Below are positions 27,901 through 37,224 of a stretch of 64,000 nucleotides of DNA, piece by piece. Position 1 is the first letter of the stretch. Each line of letters begins with the position of its first letter. The translations under genes and the position numbers were made by a program. The stretch covers positions 3,552,001 to 3,616,000 of the forward strand of contig OZ245015.1 in assembly GCA_965223705.1 (NCBI GenBank), written 5' to 3'. The notes under the pieces are model-generated. The model worked only from the letters and a program-made list of their open reading frames with translations. It was not told the DNA's origin and did no database searches. Source of the DNA: Myxococcota bacterium (GTDB lineage Bacteria > Myxococcota_A > UBA9160 > UBA6930).

Positions 27901-29045
27901 AACGCGAAATCTTCGATCGGGAGCACGACCTCTTCCGGGATCAGGTTCGGCGCTTCGTACGAGAAGAAGTCGTACCGCTACTCCCGAAGTGGAACGAAGC
28001 GGGCATGAGCGACCGCGAGACCTGGCGACGCGCGGGCGAACAGGGCCTTCTCGGTGTCAATCTGCCGGAAGCCTACGGCGGAGCCGACGCGGGCTTTCTG
28101 TACTCGGTGGTCGTGATGGAGGAGCTCACGTACGCCCGCGCTCACGGCCTCGACAGCGGACTGCACGCCGACGTGTGCGTGCCCTACCTCAATTCCTTCG
28201 GAACCGACGACCAGAAAGAGCGGTACTTAGCCGGCACCATCTCCGGTGAGATCCTGATGGGAATTTGCATGACCGAACCGGGAACCGGCTCGGACCTCGC
28301 CAATATCCAGACCACCGCCCTTCGCGACGGCGACGACTACGTGCTGAACGGTTCGAAGACCTTTATTTCGAACGGGCAGATCGGTGATCTCTATGTCGTC
28401 GCTGCGAAGACCGATCCCAACGCGACGCCTCCCCACAAAGGCGTGAGTCTGCTCCTGGTCGAAGCATCGACCCCGGGTTTTGTGCGTGGCCGCAAGCTCG
28501 AGAAACTCGGTCTGCACGCGCAGGACACCAGCGAAATCTTCTTTCAGGATTGCCGGGTCCCGGTTGCGAACATCCTGGGAGGCGAAGGCCAAGGCTTTCC
28601 CATGTTGATGGACAAGCTCCAACAAGAGCGGTTGGTGGTCGCGGTCCGATCCATCGCTTCTTGTCGGCGTGCTCTCGACGACACGATCGACTACGTGAAA
28701 GAGCGCAGAGCGTTCGGCAAGCGCATCGCAGACTTTCAGAACACGCAATTCAAGCTCGCCGAACTCGCGACGGAAGTCGAAATCGGGCAGGTATTTGTCG
28801 ATCGCTTGTGTGCCGCCCACGTAGCGGGAGACGACATCGTCACCGAAGTGAGCGGCGCCAAATACTGGGCCACGGATCTCCAGAAGAAGGTCGCGGCCGA
28901 GTGCCTGCAACTACACGGCGGTTACGGTTTCATGACGGAGTACCCGATCTCGGGGGATTATGCGGACGCGGCGGTTCAGTCGATCTACGCCGGAACGAAC
29001 GAGATCATGAAAGTCATCATCGCGAAGCGGCTCGGGCTCGGCTGA
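27897..29045 (+). CDS. Acyl-CoA dehydrogenase (long-chain-like)
   Basis: MTEPGTGSDL, NGSKTFISNG, QLHGGYGFM.EY, IYAGTNEIMK. Confidence 0.93.
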   Translation: MKREIFDREHDLFRDQVRRFVREEVVPLLPKWNEAGMSDRETWRRAGEQGLLGVNLPEAYGGADAGFLYSVVVMEELTYARAHGLDSGLHADVCVPYLNSFGTDDQKERYLAGTISGEILMGICMTEPGTGSDLANIQTTALRDGDDYVLNGSKTFISNGQIGDLYVVAAKTDPNATPPHKGVSLLLVEASTPGFVRGRKLEKLGLHAQDTSEIFFQDCRVPVANILGGEGQGFPMLMDKLQQERLVVAVRSIASCRRALDDTIDYVKERRAFGKRIADFQNTQFKLAELATEVEIGQVFVDRLCAAHVAGDDIVTEVSGAKYWATDLQKKVAAECLQLHGGYGFMTEYPISGDYADAAVQSIYAGTNEIMKVIIAKRLGLG

Positions 29046-29048
29046 GCC

Positions 29049-30212
29049 CTACTCCCAAAAAGCCCAACCTTGGCGCGTGGGCGACGCGCACGCGTTGTAG
29101 GCGTTGGGATCGATGGGCTGCATGAGCCCGGTGGTCGTTTCGCCCTCGCAGGTGACCCGGCACAGATGCTCGTCGAGCCCGACCAACGAGGCGCGAACTT
29201 CGGGAACGTTCACGTCGAAGACATCGCCCTCGATGAGTTCTTCCTCGCCGGTATAGCCGCCTTGGTGGATCCCTTTGTCCGGGGTTCCGCCGTACATACC
29301 GCACCGCAGGTACGCCGTCTGGTTTCCGATGCGCTCGTATTCGAGCCGTTTCACTTCGCCGGAATCGAGGGTGTAGTCGACCTGACCGGCGAGAAAGATC
29401 TTGGTGTCTTCCTCGAAACGGAAGCGGCGGTCGACTTCGACCACACGGCCGGCGCCCGGGCGCGAATCGCCAAAGTGGTAGAACGCTTTATCACCCCAGA
29501 TCGTGAAGTTCTTGAAGGCCACGAAGCTGTTGCCCGAGACACCGACGTGCATCCGTCCGCCGAGGGAGAGTTCCGGACCTCCTACGCCTCGGCCGATCCC
29601 CCAGTGGCGATCGCGGGTACCTCGCGCGGTACCGGCTTTGAGTTCGATGCGTTCGCCCTCGACCTCGACCCACCCCGCGACATCGCCAAAGCTCTCGAAG
29701 CCGGTGGTGACGTCGGGACGACGACCCTTCGGGAAGCCGCGGTCGATCGGTAGTGTGGGCTCGCGAAAGACCTGGCGCGTCGTGTCGGTGAAATCGATCT
29801 CGAAGTTGATTCCCCATTCGTTGGGCTCGAGTACGTAGCGCCAGAGGCGCATCCCCTCGAGCACCCGAGGCGCGATCGGGCCCAACCGCATGTCCATGCG
29901 ATCGGCTCCCAAACGGCGAAACGCGCGCACCGTGCGGTGGACGCCCTGGTAGTTGACGATGGCGTACGCCTCGGCGCGATCGAGGTTCGGGTAGAAACTG
30001 CATCCCGTCGCAACGAGGATCTCGCCGCTGTCGTCGTGGCACACCATCCAGTACCGCTCGTAAGCGCGCGGATCGCTCGTCATCATCACGCGAATCGGAT
30101 CGGTCGTCTGGTGAATCATGAAGTCATCGATCGGCGAGAGCGGGAACTGCTCGGCGAAATGCGGATCGTCGTCGATCGTGAGCTTCGGATAGCGCGGGCC
30201 GTGGGATGTCAT
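29049..30212 (-). CDS. Conserved hypothetical beta-rich protein (possibly AttH/tocopherol-cyclase-like)
   Basis: DDFMIHQT...YERYW...YPN...GTRDRHWG. The RDxxWG motif recalls AttH/CrtC-like folds (inference). Confidence 0.6.
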   Translation of the reverse strand: MTSHGPRYPKLTIDDDPHFAEQFPLSPIDDFMIHQTTDPIRVMMTSDPRAYERYWMVCHDDSGEILVATGCSFYPNLDRAEAYAIVNYQGVHRTVRAFRRLGADRMDMRLGPIAPRVLEGMRLWRYVLEPNEWGINFEIDFTDTTRQVFREPTLPIDRGFPKGRRPDVTTGFESFGDVAGWVEVEGERIELKAGTARGTRDRHWGIGRGVGGPELSLGGRMHVGVSGNSFVAFKNFTIWGDKAFYHFGDSRPGAGRVVEVDRRFRFEEDTKIFLAGQVDYTLDSGEVKRLEYERIGNQTAYLRCGMYGGTPDKGIHQGGYTGEEELIEGDVFDVNVPEVRASLVGLDEHLCRVTCEGETTTGLMQPIDPNAYNACASPTRQGWAFWE

Positions 30213-30237
30213 AGCGGTTCCTCGTATGTGGGTTTCT

Positions 30238-30669
30238 TTAGCCTCTGCCTCGACCCGTGAAGGGATCGCGCGCGATCCGCTCGCGAAGATGGGCAGCGAT
30301 TTGGGTGCGTGCGTCCGCCCGCTCGGGCGGCAAGGCCTGAATCGCCTCGGCGAGCAAGCGGCGCAGCTCCTTGTTGCGATCGTGAGCGGCGAGGGCGGCC
30401 AGCGGAGTGCCCGGGTTTTCGGAAGCGGCACGAACGCCGCGAACGATCTCCTCGGGCAAGACATCGCTGAGACTTTGCAGGAGCGAGAGCGTCGCGGCGT
30501 TGTCCCACGTGAAGTAGGGCAACATTTCCGCCCACGACCCGGCGATACGCCGAAGCGTGCCGGCCGCCGTGCGCAACCGATCGACGGAAGGATCGTCCGG
30601 GTGACGCGCGAGGGTCCGTTCGATCAAGCGGGCGATTCCCTCGAGCTGCTCGTCGATGGTGGGGTGCAA
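30238..30669 (-). CDS. Small helical hypothetical protein downstream of the APH kinase (possible LvaB-like partner)
   Basis: TTG start with GGAG SD, 11 bp after the kinase stop. Reads LHPTIDEQLEGIARLIE. Confidence 0.6.
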   Translation of the reverse strand: MHPTIDEQLEGIARLIERTLARHPDDPSVDRLRTAAGTLRRIAGSWAEMLPYFTWDNAATLSLLQSLSDVLPEEIVRGVRAASENPGTPLAALAAHDRNKELRRLLAEAIQALPPERADARTQIAAHLRERIARDPFTGRGRG

Positions 30670-30680
30670 CGCCGTTCTCC

Positions 30681-31676
30681 TTACAGCTCCATCAGATCGA
30701 GCGCAGCCAATACGCAACCGTTCGTCAGCCGGTACATGATCTCGGTGCGGTCGGCGAGATAGGACCGGAGGCCGGTGACCTGCATGACCGCTGTCTTGAA
30801 GCACGCCATCGTGTTCCACCAGCGGACGGCGTCGAGATCGATCTCGACGTTCGCGCGGGCCGAGTAGCGTTCGAAGAGCTGCTCCCGTTCCCACGCGCCG
30901 GGAATGAGATGTTCGCGCGTTCGCAGGGGCTGGGTGATCCAACCGATGTCGTCCATCGGATCCCCCAGGTGGGTGAGCTCCCAATCGAGCAGGAGCACGA
31001 CCTCGTCGTTGTCATCGAGCAGGATGTTCCCCGCTTTGAAGTCGCCATGCACCAGGACCGTTCGTTGGGAACGCGGCGCATGGGCGCGGAGCCAGTCGAC
31101 TACGAGCTCGAGCTCGGGAAGCGGCTCGACCTGATCCGCGCGCAAGATAGCGAGCCATTCGTCGAGGGAGACCCGTGCGGCATCGGGCCCTGGATCGGGG
31201 AGCACCGCGTCGACCTCGAGGGCTTTCCAGTCGAGGCGATGGATGTCGGCCAAGAGGTCGCAGAGCCGCTCGGCCAGCGCGACGCGTCGCTCGAGCGGCC
31301 ACCCACCGTTCAGGGCGAAGTAATCGCAATGGCCCGTTCCGCGCTCCATGATGAGGGACGGTCGGCCGAGTTCGCTTCCGTCGGGATCGAGCCATAGTGC
31401 GCGAGGCGCCGGAATGGAGCTCGGCTCGATCGCTTGGAGAACCGCGAATTCGGTTCGGCGATCGCTTTCGAGAAGCCCTCCTTCGGGATCGCGCCGCGCG
31501 ATGAGAGGTCGGGTGCGGGACTCGCCGTTCTCGGTCCAGGTGAGGTCGAAGATCCAATTCTCGCGCGACAAGCCGGTCGCGACCCGCTGAACGTCCCCGA
31601 CATTTAAATCAGATGCCTGCGGGAGCCGACGCGCCAGGAAGGAAACGAGCGACGACTCGACAACTCGACCTGTCAT
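30681..31676 (-). CDS. APH-family phosphotransferase (ACAD10/11-kinase / LvaA-like)
   Basis: GLSRE, LVHGDFKAGNIL, LLDWELTHLGDPMDDIGW. Confidence 0.85.
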   Translation of the reverse strand: MTGRVVESSLVSFLARRLPQASDLNVGDVQRVATGLSRENWIFDLTWTENGESRTRPLIARRDPEGGLLESDRRTEFAVLQAIEPSSIPAPRALWLDPDGSELGRPSLIMERGTGHCDYFALNGGWPLERRVALAERLCDLLADIHRLDWKALEVDAVLPDPGPDAARVSLDEWLAILRADQVEPLPELELVVDWLRAHAPRSQRTVLVHGDFKAGNILLDDNDEVVLLLDWELTHLGDPMDDIGWITQPLRTREHLIPGAWEREQLFERYSARANVEIDLDAVRWWNTMACFKTAVMQVTGLRSYLADRTEIMYRLTNGCVLAALDLMEL

Positions 31677-32827
31677 TCGAAGCTATCGAGCGCATCGAGA
31701 TCGTCGATGGCGAGCGTGATGCGCCGGATGAACTCTCGCGAGGTCTCAGGCGGCTGCATCTTCGGTGCATCGGGCGGCTGACCGAGCGTCCCCGACCACC
31801 AGGCCAAAGCCGCGAAGAGCTGCTGGCGGTAGCGTTGGAACGTCAGATCGAAATCGAGCACAGGTCCCCCGCGCGTCGCCAACTCGTCGATGTAGTAGGC
31901 GACGAGGCCCCGTTCCCATTCGCGGCGTTTCTCCGGAAGCACCGCCGTCGGGATGCAATAGGCCAGGTCGCGGCTGCCGTTGCCTTGGGCTGCGTTCTGC
32001 CAATCGTTTACTCCCATCTCGCCTTCCTGCGTGATGAACCAGTTCTTGAGATGAACGTCGTTGTGCGCCATGCCGCGCGGCATCGTCTCGTGCAGATCGA
32101 CACATCGGAGCGTCGCGGGCCAGACCTCGGGTTCTCGTGAAAACAGCCGGGGCGGGATTACCGCTTCGGCTTGAGAAAAACCGCGAATGCAGGAGTCGTG
32201 AAACCCCGCATCGAAAGCGGTGATACGGAAGAAGGTCTCCCACTTCGAAAAGACATCGAGCCGCTTCTCGAGAAGCGGGCTCTCGTAATAGCGGCCGTGC
32301 AGCGTCGCCAGAAGCCGCATCTGACTCTGGCAGTGCTCGTAGGAGAGATCCGTCTCCATCGTGCAGAATTCGACCGTGTCACTCAGATCTTCGAGCACGA
32401 TGATCGAGTTGAGCGTCTCGCGGTCATAACGCGCGAAGTGGGGCTGCGGCGCGACGACACCGAGATCGGGGTAGAGCAGGTTGTAGAAGTTCACCTCGGC
32501 CTGTACGCCCTCGTTCATTCCGAGCATGTAACGGCTCTCGAGGCTCTGCGTTCCCTTGCAGAAGAGCTTCGCCGGCAGGCCGGCTGCCCTACCCGCTTCA
32601 TTCCATTCGACACGGATCTTGCGCCGGTTCGAAGTCCCGTCGTCGCGAGGACCCAGCGCGAAGGAAGTGACGGCAGCACCCTGCGTGCCACCGCCGAGCA
32701 CGTCGGTCAGCCACTCGGGAGTGATCGATTCGTAGCTCGTCGGAATGTGGTCCGAAGTCGTGGGAACGATCGCGTTGGCCTGTTCGGCTTCGAAACGGCG
32801 CTTGATTTCGTCGAAAGAGATCGGCAC
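31673..32827 (-). CDS. APH-fold phosphotransferase (ecdysteroid-kinase-like)
   Basis: GTG start with GGAGG SD, AHNDVHLKNW, NDWQ, DLAY. Confidence 0.8.
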   Translation of the reverse strand: MPISFDEIKRRFEAEQANAIVPTTSDHIPTSYESITPEWLTDVLGGGTQGAAVTSFALGPRDDGTSNRRKIRVEWNEAGRAAGLPAKLFCKGTQSLESRYMLGMNEGVQAEVNFYNLLYPDLGVVAPQPHFARYDRETLNSIIVLEDLSDTVEFCTMETDLSYEHCQSQMRLLATLHGRYYESPLLEKRLDVFSKWETFFRITAFDAGFHDSCIRGFSQAEAVIPPRLFSREPEVWPATLRCVDLHETMPRGMAHNDVHLKNWFITQEGEMGVNDWQNAAQGNGSRDLAYCIPTAVLPEKRREWERGLVAYYIDELATRGGPVLDFDLTFQRYRQQLFAALAWWSGTLGQPPDAPKMQPPETSREFIRRITLAIDDLDALDSFE

Positions 32828-32858
32828 GGAAGGCCTCCGTAGTTCATGAGACTGGGCT

Positions 32859-33665
32859 TCAGCGGCCGTTCTTCGCGAAACGGGGCTCACGGCCTTCTCG
32901 AAACGCAGCGAGCGCCTCGGCGAAATCGGTCGACCGGATGGCGAGCATCTGATTGCGATTCTCGACTTCCATCGCCGCTTCCAGGGAGGGGGCGTCGATG
33001 TTCGTCTGCAGCACCCGCTTTGTTAGGGCCACGCCGAAGGGACTGTTGCGACAGATCCGGTCGGCGAGTTCCAAGGTGGCCGTCTCGAGCTCGGCCCGCG
33101 GCACCACCCGGCTGACGAGACCAATCCGTTCGGCCTCGTCGGCGCGAACCATCCGGCCGGTCAGCAGGATCTCGCTGGCTCGCCCTCGCCCGACGGCCCG
33201 GGGAAGCAGCCAGGAGCTGCCGCAATCTCCACCGGTGAAGCCGACTCGCACGAACGCGGCGTTGAACGTCGCTTCGGGGGTCGCGAGACAGACGTCGGCG
33301 GCCATGGCCAAGCTGAAACCGGCGCCGGCCGCGGCCCCGCCGACGGCGGCAAGGACGGGCGTGCTGGTGCGGCACACCGCGAGGATCATCGCCGCAGCGC
33401 GTTGCTGGATCTCGAACATCGATTCGACGGGCAGTGCCGGGAGATCCGCCGCCAACGAGAGGTCGAAGCCGCTGCAGAATCCTTTTCCGGCGCCGGTCAG
33501 GATGATGACCCGCGTGCCCGGAGCGCGATCCGCGTCGGTCACGGCTTCTGCGAGCTCCACAAAGGAATCGAAAGAGAGCGAATTGCGAGTTTCGGGTCCG
33601 TCGAGGGTCAGGCTAACGATGCCATCCGCGGGGCGGTCGACGCGAAGTGCGGTAGTGGTTTTCAT
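32859..33665 (-). CDS. Enoyl-CoA hydratase/isomerase
   Basis: GFCSGFDL, AAGAGFSLA, DCGSSWLLPR.VG. Confidence 0.9.
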   Translation of the reverse strand: MKTTTALRVDRPADGIVSLTLDGPETRNSLSFDSFVELAEAVTDADRAPGTRVIILTGAGKGFCSGFDLSLAADLPALPVESMFEIQQRAAAMILAVCRTSTPVLAAVGGAAAGAGFSLAMAADVCLATPEATFNAAFVRVGFTGGDCGSSWLLPRAVGRGRASEILLTGRMVRADEAERIGLVSRVVPRAELETATLELADRICRNSPFGVALTKRVLQTNIDAPSLEAAMEVENRNQMLAIRSTDFAEALAAFREGREPRFAKNGR

Positions 33666-33698
33666 AGGCGGAGCTTACACGTCAAAGCCCCGGGTTGA

Positions 33699-34214
33699 TC
33701 AAGCAGGGATCTGACCGCGTTTTTCCACGAGGGCGAGGATGAACGCGTAGGCGGCCATGAGCAGCAGCCACAAGAGATTGAGCAGGTAGACAAAGAAGAG
33801 CCACCCCGAGAAGAAGCCAACCGCCGTGAGAACCTGGGCCAGCACCAGAAAGGATCCGATGGCGTACACCGTCAACAGCGAACCCGAGCCGCCGATTTGC
33901 GATTCACCCCGAGCGCGCACCCGCCGCCTGCCGAAGAACGTCGCGACGATGATCGCCAGGTGAAACGAAGCCAAGAGTAGGCCCGAGACGCGCCATACCT
34001 CGCCGGGCGCGAGATGAGCAGCGCGCGCTAGATCGGGGACGAAGCCGAAAACGACGACGCCGAGGCTCGAGCCCAACAGCCCGACCAGGGTCGGAGCGTC
34101 GCCGGGCTTCTTCGTCCCATCGGTGCGCCCTCCGAGGACGACGACAACACCCGTGAACCCCGCGAAGGCCGTCGCGATCTCCGCGAGCGCATGAAGGATT
34201 TCTTGATGTTCCAG
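33699..34214 (-). CDS. Multi-pass membrane protein, probable CTG start
   Basis: LAEIATAFAGFTGVVVVLG first helix plus further TM segments. AGGAG SD 6 nt before the CTG, with an in-frame TAG just upstream. Confidence 0.65.
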   Translation of the reverse strand: MEHQEILHALAEIATAFAGFTGVVVVLGGRTDGTKKPGDAPTLVGLLGSSLGVVVFGFVPDLARAAHLAPGEVWRVSGLLLASFHLAIIVATFFGRRRVRARGESQIGGSGSLLTVYAIGSFLVLAQVLTAVGFFSGWLFFVYLLNLLWLLLMAAYAFILALVEKRGQIPA

Positions 34215-34231
34215 CGTTCGCTCCTACCGCC

Positions 34232-36154
34232 TCAGCGCACGATGAGGTCGTCGAAGTCGGGCTCCCGGAGGAGGCTCCACATCTCGAGCGAGGTCAGCGG
34301 ATTCTGTGTCGCCGAGCGGCCGAACTTTGTCCAGTAGTAGTTGTCCGCGCGGGGGTCACTCCAGGCCATCGCCCGATTGCGTTCGTCGATCCATTCGTTG
34401 TAGCGACGATAGGCCTCATCCTTGACGTCGATCGAGCTTTTGTCTTCGAGGATGAGCCGTTCGATGCAGCGCAGCGCGAATAGCGTTTCCATCTCCTGGA
34501 ACGCGGGGATCAAGAGGCCCCCGTTCGTGTTGGGGCCGTAGAGCGTGAAGAGGTTCGGGAAGCCGGGGATCATCGCGCCCCGGTAGCCACCCGCACCCGT
34601 CTGCGACCACAACGCTTCGACGGTCTGTCCGCCTCGACCCGTGATCGACATCGGGAAGAGGTATTCCGTCGCCCGGAACCCCGTCGCGTAGACGATGGCG
34701 TCGACCTCGTGCACGGTGCCCTCTTCGCTCTCGACGCCCGTCTCGGTGATCTGGCGGATTCCGTCCACGACGAGTGTCACGTTGTCGCGCTGAATGGCGT
34801 CGAGATAGCTGTACGCCGGGTCCACGAGAACCGGCCGCGCCGAGAGCACCGGGTGCTCGGGCGTCATGATGTCGACGAGCTTCGGATCCGCGAGCTTTTG
34901 CTTGAGGAACGCGATGCATGCGTCGCGCGCGGCTCGGTTGACCGGACTGACCGCGTGCTCGTCCTCGAATGCAGGATCGATCTTGGCGAGCGCGTAGAAG
35001 CCCGCGACGAATCCGGCCGCGCTTCGGATGCGCATGAAGTTCGCGAAGTAGGGAAAATTCCGGTCCAGCCACGGGATCTGCTCGGGGAACGGCGAGCGGT
35101 AGCGCTGCGCCGGAAAGAGCCATTGCGGCGTGCGCTGGAACACCGTGACGTGCGCGGCTTCGAGCGCCAGTTCGGGTACCAGCTGGATTCCGGTCGCGCC
35201 CGTGCCGATGACTGCGACGCGCTTTCCCTCGAGGTCGAAATCCGCCGGCCATCGTGCGGTGTGCCACGAGGGTCCGCGGAATCGTTCGGCACCGGGGATC
35301 TCCGGGACACTGGGGCGATTGAGGAATCCCACGGCGGTGATCACGGCGTTCGACCGCAACGTGCGCCGACCGCCGGGCCCGTCGACTTCGATCTCCCACA
35401 TCGACGCCGCGTCGTCCCACACGAGCGAGCGCGCCTCGGTCTTGAAGGCGATGTCTTTGCGGACGTCGAAGGTGTCGGCCACCCAGTCGAAATACTTCTG
35501 GTTCTCGGTCCAGGGGCAGAACGCGTAGGGGTACCGAAAGTCGAGGCCGAAGAGGTGGGTGTAGAGCCGACTCGGTGTGTCGACGCGCGCCCCGGGGTAG
35601 CGGTTCTCATACCACGTGCCCCCGACGCCGTCGTTCTTCTCGATGATGGTGTAGGGAATCCCGGCGCGCTTCAGTTGGATCGCCGCGTTCAGACCCCCCA
35701 TCCCCGCACCGATGATGGTGACCGAGAAATCGTCGAGCCTCGCAGGTGAGGGCTCTCGCGACCATTCGAGGCCGCGCGCCCAGGGATCGAGGGCGAGTTC
35801 TTCGAGCCATAGTTCGAGCGACCCCGGCTCGAGTGGACTTCCGATCACCAGCTCCATGCTCTCCGGCAAACGGTCGCTGGGTCCGACGTCGAGGTCCCCC
35901 GCCCCGTCATCCCGGTAGGCCTTGAGAAACGCGGCCGCCTTCGCGCGGATCCAGGCGGCGTCTTCGCGCCCCAGCCCCTTGACGGGCAGCAGGCCGCGAC
36001 CCCCTCGGTCCACGACCTCCATGGCGGCGATCTCGTGATCGCCCGTCAGTTGATACAGCAAGCCCCGGAGCACCATCGGGTCGGCGACGGCCATCGCCTC
36101 TTCGATCGCTTCGTCGCTCGCCGCCAGCAGTTCCCGGCGATGCTTCATGTGCAC
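34232..36154 (-). CDS. Baeyer-Villiger-type flavin monooxygenase with N-terminal extension (HAPMO-like)
   Basis: GAGMGG, GGTWYENRYPG, fingerprint FRGPSWHTARWP, GTGATG, ATGF. 640 aa. Confidence 0.88.
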   Translation of the reverse strand: MHMKHRRELLAASDEAIEEAMAVADPMVLRGLLYQLTGDHEIAAMEVVDRGGRGLLPVKGLGREDAAWIRAKAAAFLKAYRDDGAGDLDVGPSDRLPESMELVIGSPLEPGSLELWLEELALDPWARGLEWSREPSPARLDDFSVTIIGAGMGGLNAAIQLKRAGIPYTIIEKNDGVGGTWYENRYPGARVDTPSRLYTHLFGLDFRYPYAFCPWTENQKYFDWVADTFDVRKDIAFKTEARSLVWDDAASMWEIEVDGPGGRRTLRSNAVITAVGFLNRPSVPEIPGAERFRGPSWHTARWPADFDLEGKRVAVIGTGATGIQLVPELALEAAHVTVFQRTPQWLFPAQRYRSPFPEQIPWLDRNFPYFANFMRIRSAAGFVAGFYALAKIDPAFEDEHAVSPVNRAARDACIAFLKQKLADPKLVDIMTPEHPVLSARPVLVDPAYSYLDAIQRDNVTLVVDGIRQITETGVESEEGTVHEVDAIVYATGFRATEYLFPMSITGRGGQTVEALWSQTGAGGYRGAMIPGFPNLFTLYGPNTNGGLLIPAFQEMETLFALRCIERLILEDKSSIDVKDEAYRRYNEWIDERNRAMAWSDPRADNYYWTKFGRSATQNPLTSLEMWSLLREPDFDDLIVR

Positions 36155-36158
36155 CGCC

Positions 36159-37196
36159 TCATCGACCCTTGAGCTTTGGCATCACTTCTCGTGCGAAGAG
36201 CTCGACGCTGCGCCGAGTCCCCGCAACCGGGGCCCCCGGTAGCACGCCCATCAGCACGAGGTGTGTGCAGGGAGAGCGTTCGAGCAGGCCCAGCAGGCCT
36301 TCTCGAACGAAGTCCGGAGTACCGATGAAGGCGGGCTCCCCGAAGAAATCCCCGGATTGGTCGCGGATCATCTCTTCGGCGGTCGGTACGGCTCGGGTCG
36401 CCTGATCGTCGTTGTTGTCGTCTCCCGCCTCGGCGGCCCAATCCCGGTAGAGCGAAAGCATGTGGTGGACCGGCTGTGCCGCTTCCTTCCAGGCCTGTTC
36501 ACGAGTCTCTGCCACGTAGACCAGCACCATCTGGCAGACCTTGAACTCATCGGGATCGTGACCGTGGCGGCCCAGGGCTTCCCGGTAGCGCAAGCGATGC
36601 TCCGCCGACACACCGGCTAAGTGACAGCCGAGCCGCGCGGCGCGATCCAGCGCTTTGTCACCGCGGGCGCCGACCCAGATGGGGAGCGGCTGTTGGTGGG
36701 CAGGCGGCATGATCCGCGTGCCTTTCAAGTTGTGGTAGCGCCCCTCGAAATCGACCGTTTCCCCGTCGAGCAGCCGGCGCAAGAGCGGCAGCTGCTCGGC
36801 GAAGCGACGGCCGCGCTCGCGCGGCGAGATGCCCATACCGTCAAACTCTCCGAGCCGGTAGCCGAGGCCGACCCCGAGATCGATGCGACCGCCGCTGATC
36901 GCATCGGCGGTCGCGACGTCCTCGGCGATGCGGACCGTGTTGTGCATCGGGAGTAGCAGCACGTAGGTGCCGATGCGGATTCGCTGCGTGCGGCTCGCGA
37001 TAGCCGTGGCGATGGGCATCAGCGCCGGCGAGTACCCATCGTCGACAAAGTGGTGCTCGGTCAGCCACACGTGGTCGTAGCCCAGCTCTTCGCAGGCGAC
37101 CGCGAGCTCGAGGTCGTCGCGATACAGCTCGGGCCAGGGGCGCCTCCGGAACTCCGGATTCCGGAACGGAAACAGAAAACCGCAATCGATGCTCAT
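36159..37196 (-). CDS. Luciferase-like (LLM) flavin-dependent oxidoreductase
   Basis: VWLTEHHF..DGY, GRIDLGVGLGYR, LFAREVMP. Confidence 0.9.
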   Translation of the reverse strand: MSIDCGFLFPFRNPEFRRRPWPELYRDDLELAVACEELGYDHVWLTEHHFVDDGYSPALMPIATAIASRTQRIRIGTYVLLLPMHNTVRIAEDVATADAISGGRIDLGVGLGYRLGEFDGMGISPRERGRRFAEQLPLLRRLLDGETVDFEGRYHNLKGTRIMPPAHQQPLPIWVGARGDKALDRAARLGCHLAGVSAEHRLRYREALGRHGHDPDEFKVCQMVLVYVAETREQAWKEAAQPVHHMLSLYRDWAAEAGDDNNDDQATRAVPTAEEMIRDQSGDFFGEPAFIGTPDFVREGLLGLLERSPCTHLVLMGVLPGAPVAGTRRSVELFAREVMPKLKGR

Positions 37197-37224
37197 TCGA
37201 AGCCTCCTGGGGCGCGCGCCGCCC

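Noticed and set aside
16236..32827. APH-fold genes as aminoglycoside resistance
   Set aside because: The motifs and catabolic context fit EcKL/ACAD10-type kinases, and there is no resistance-cassette context.
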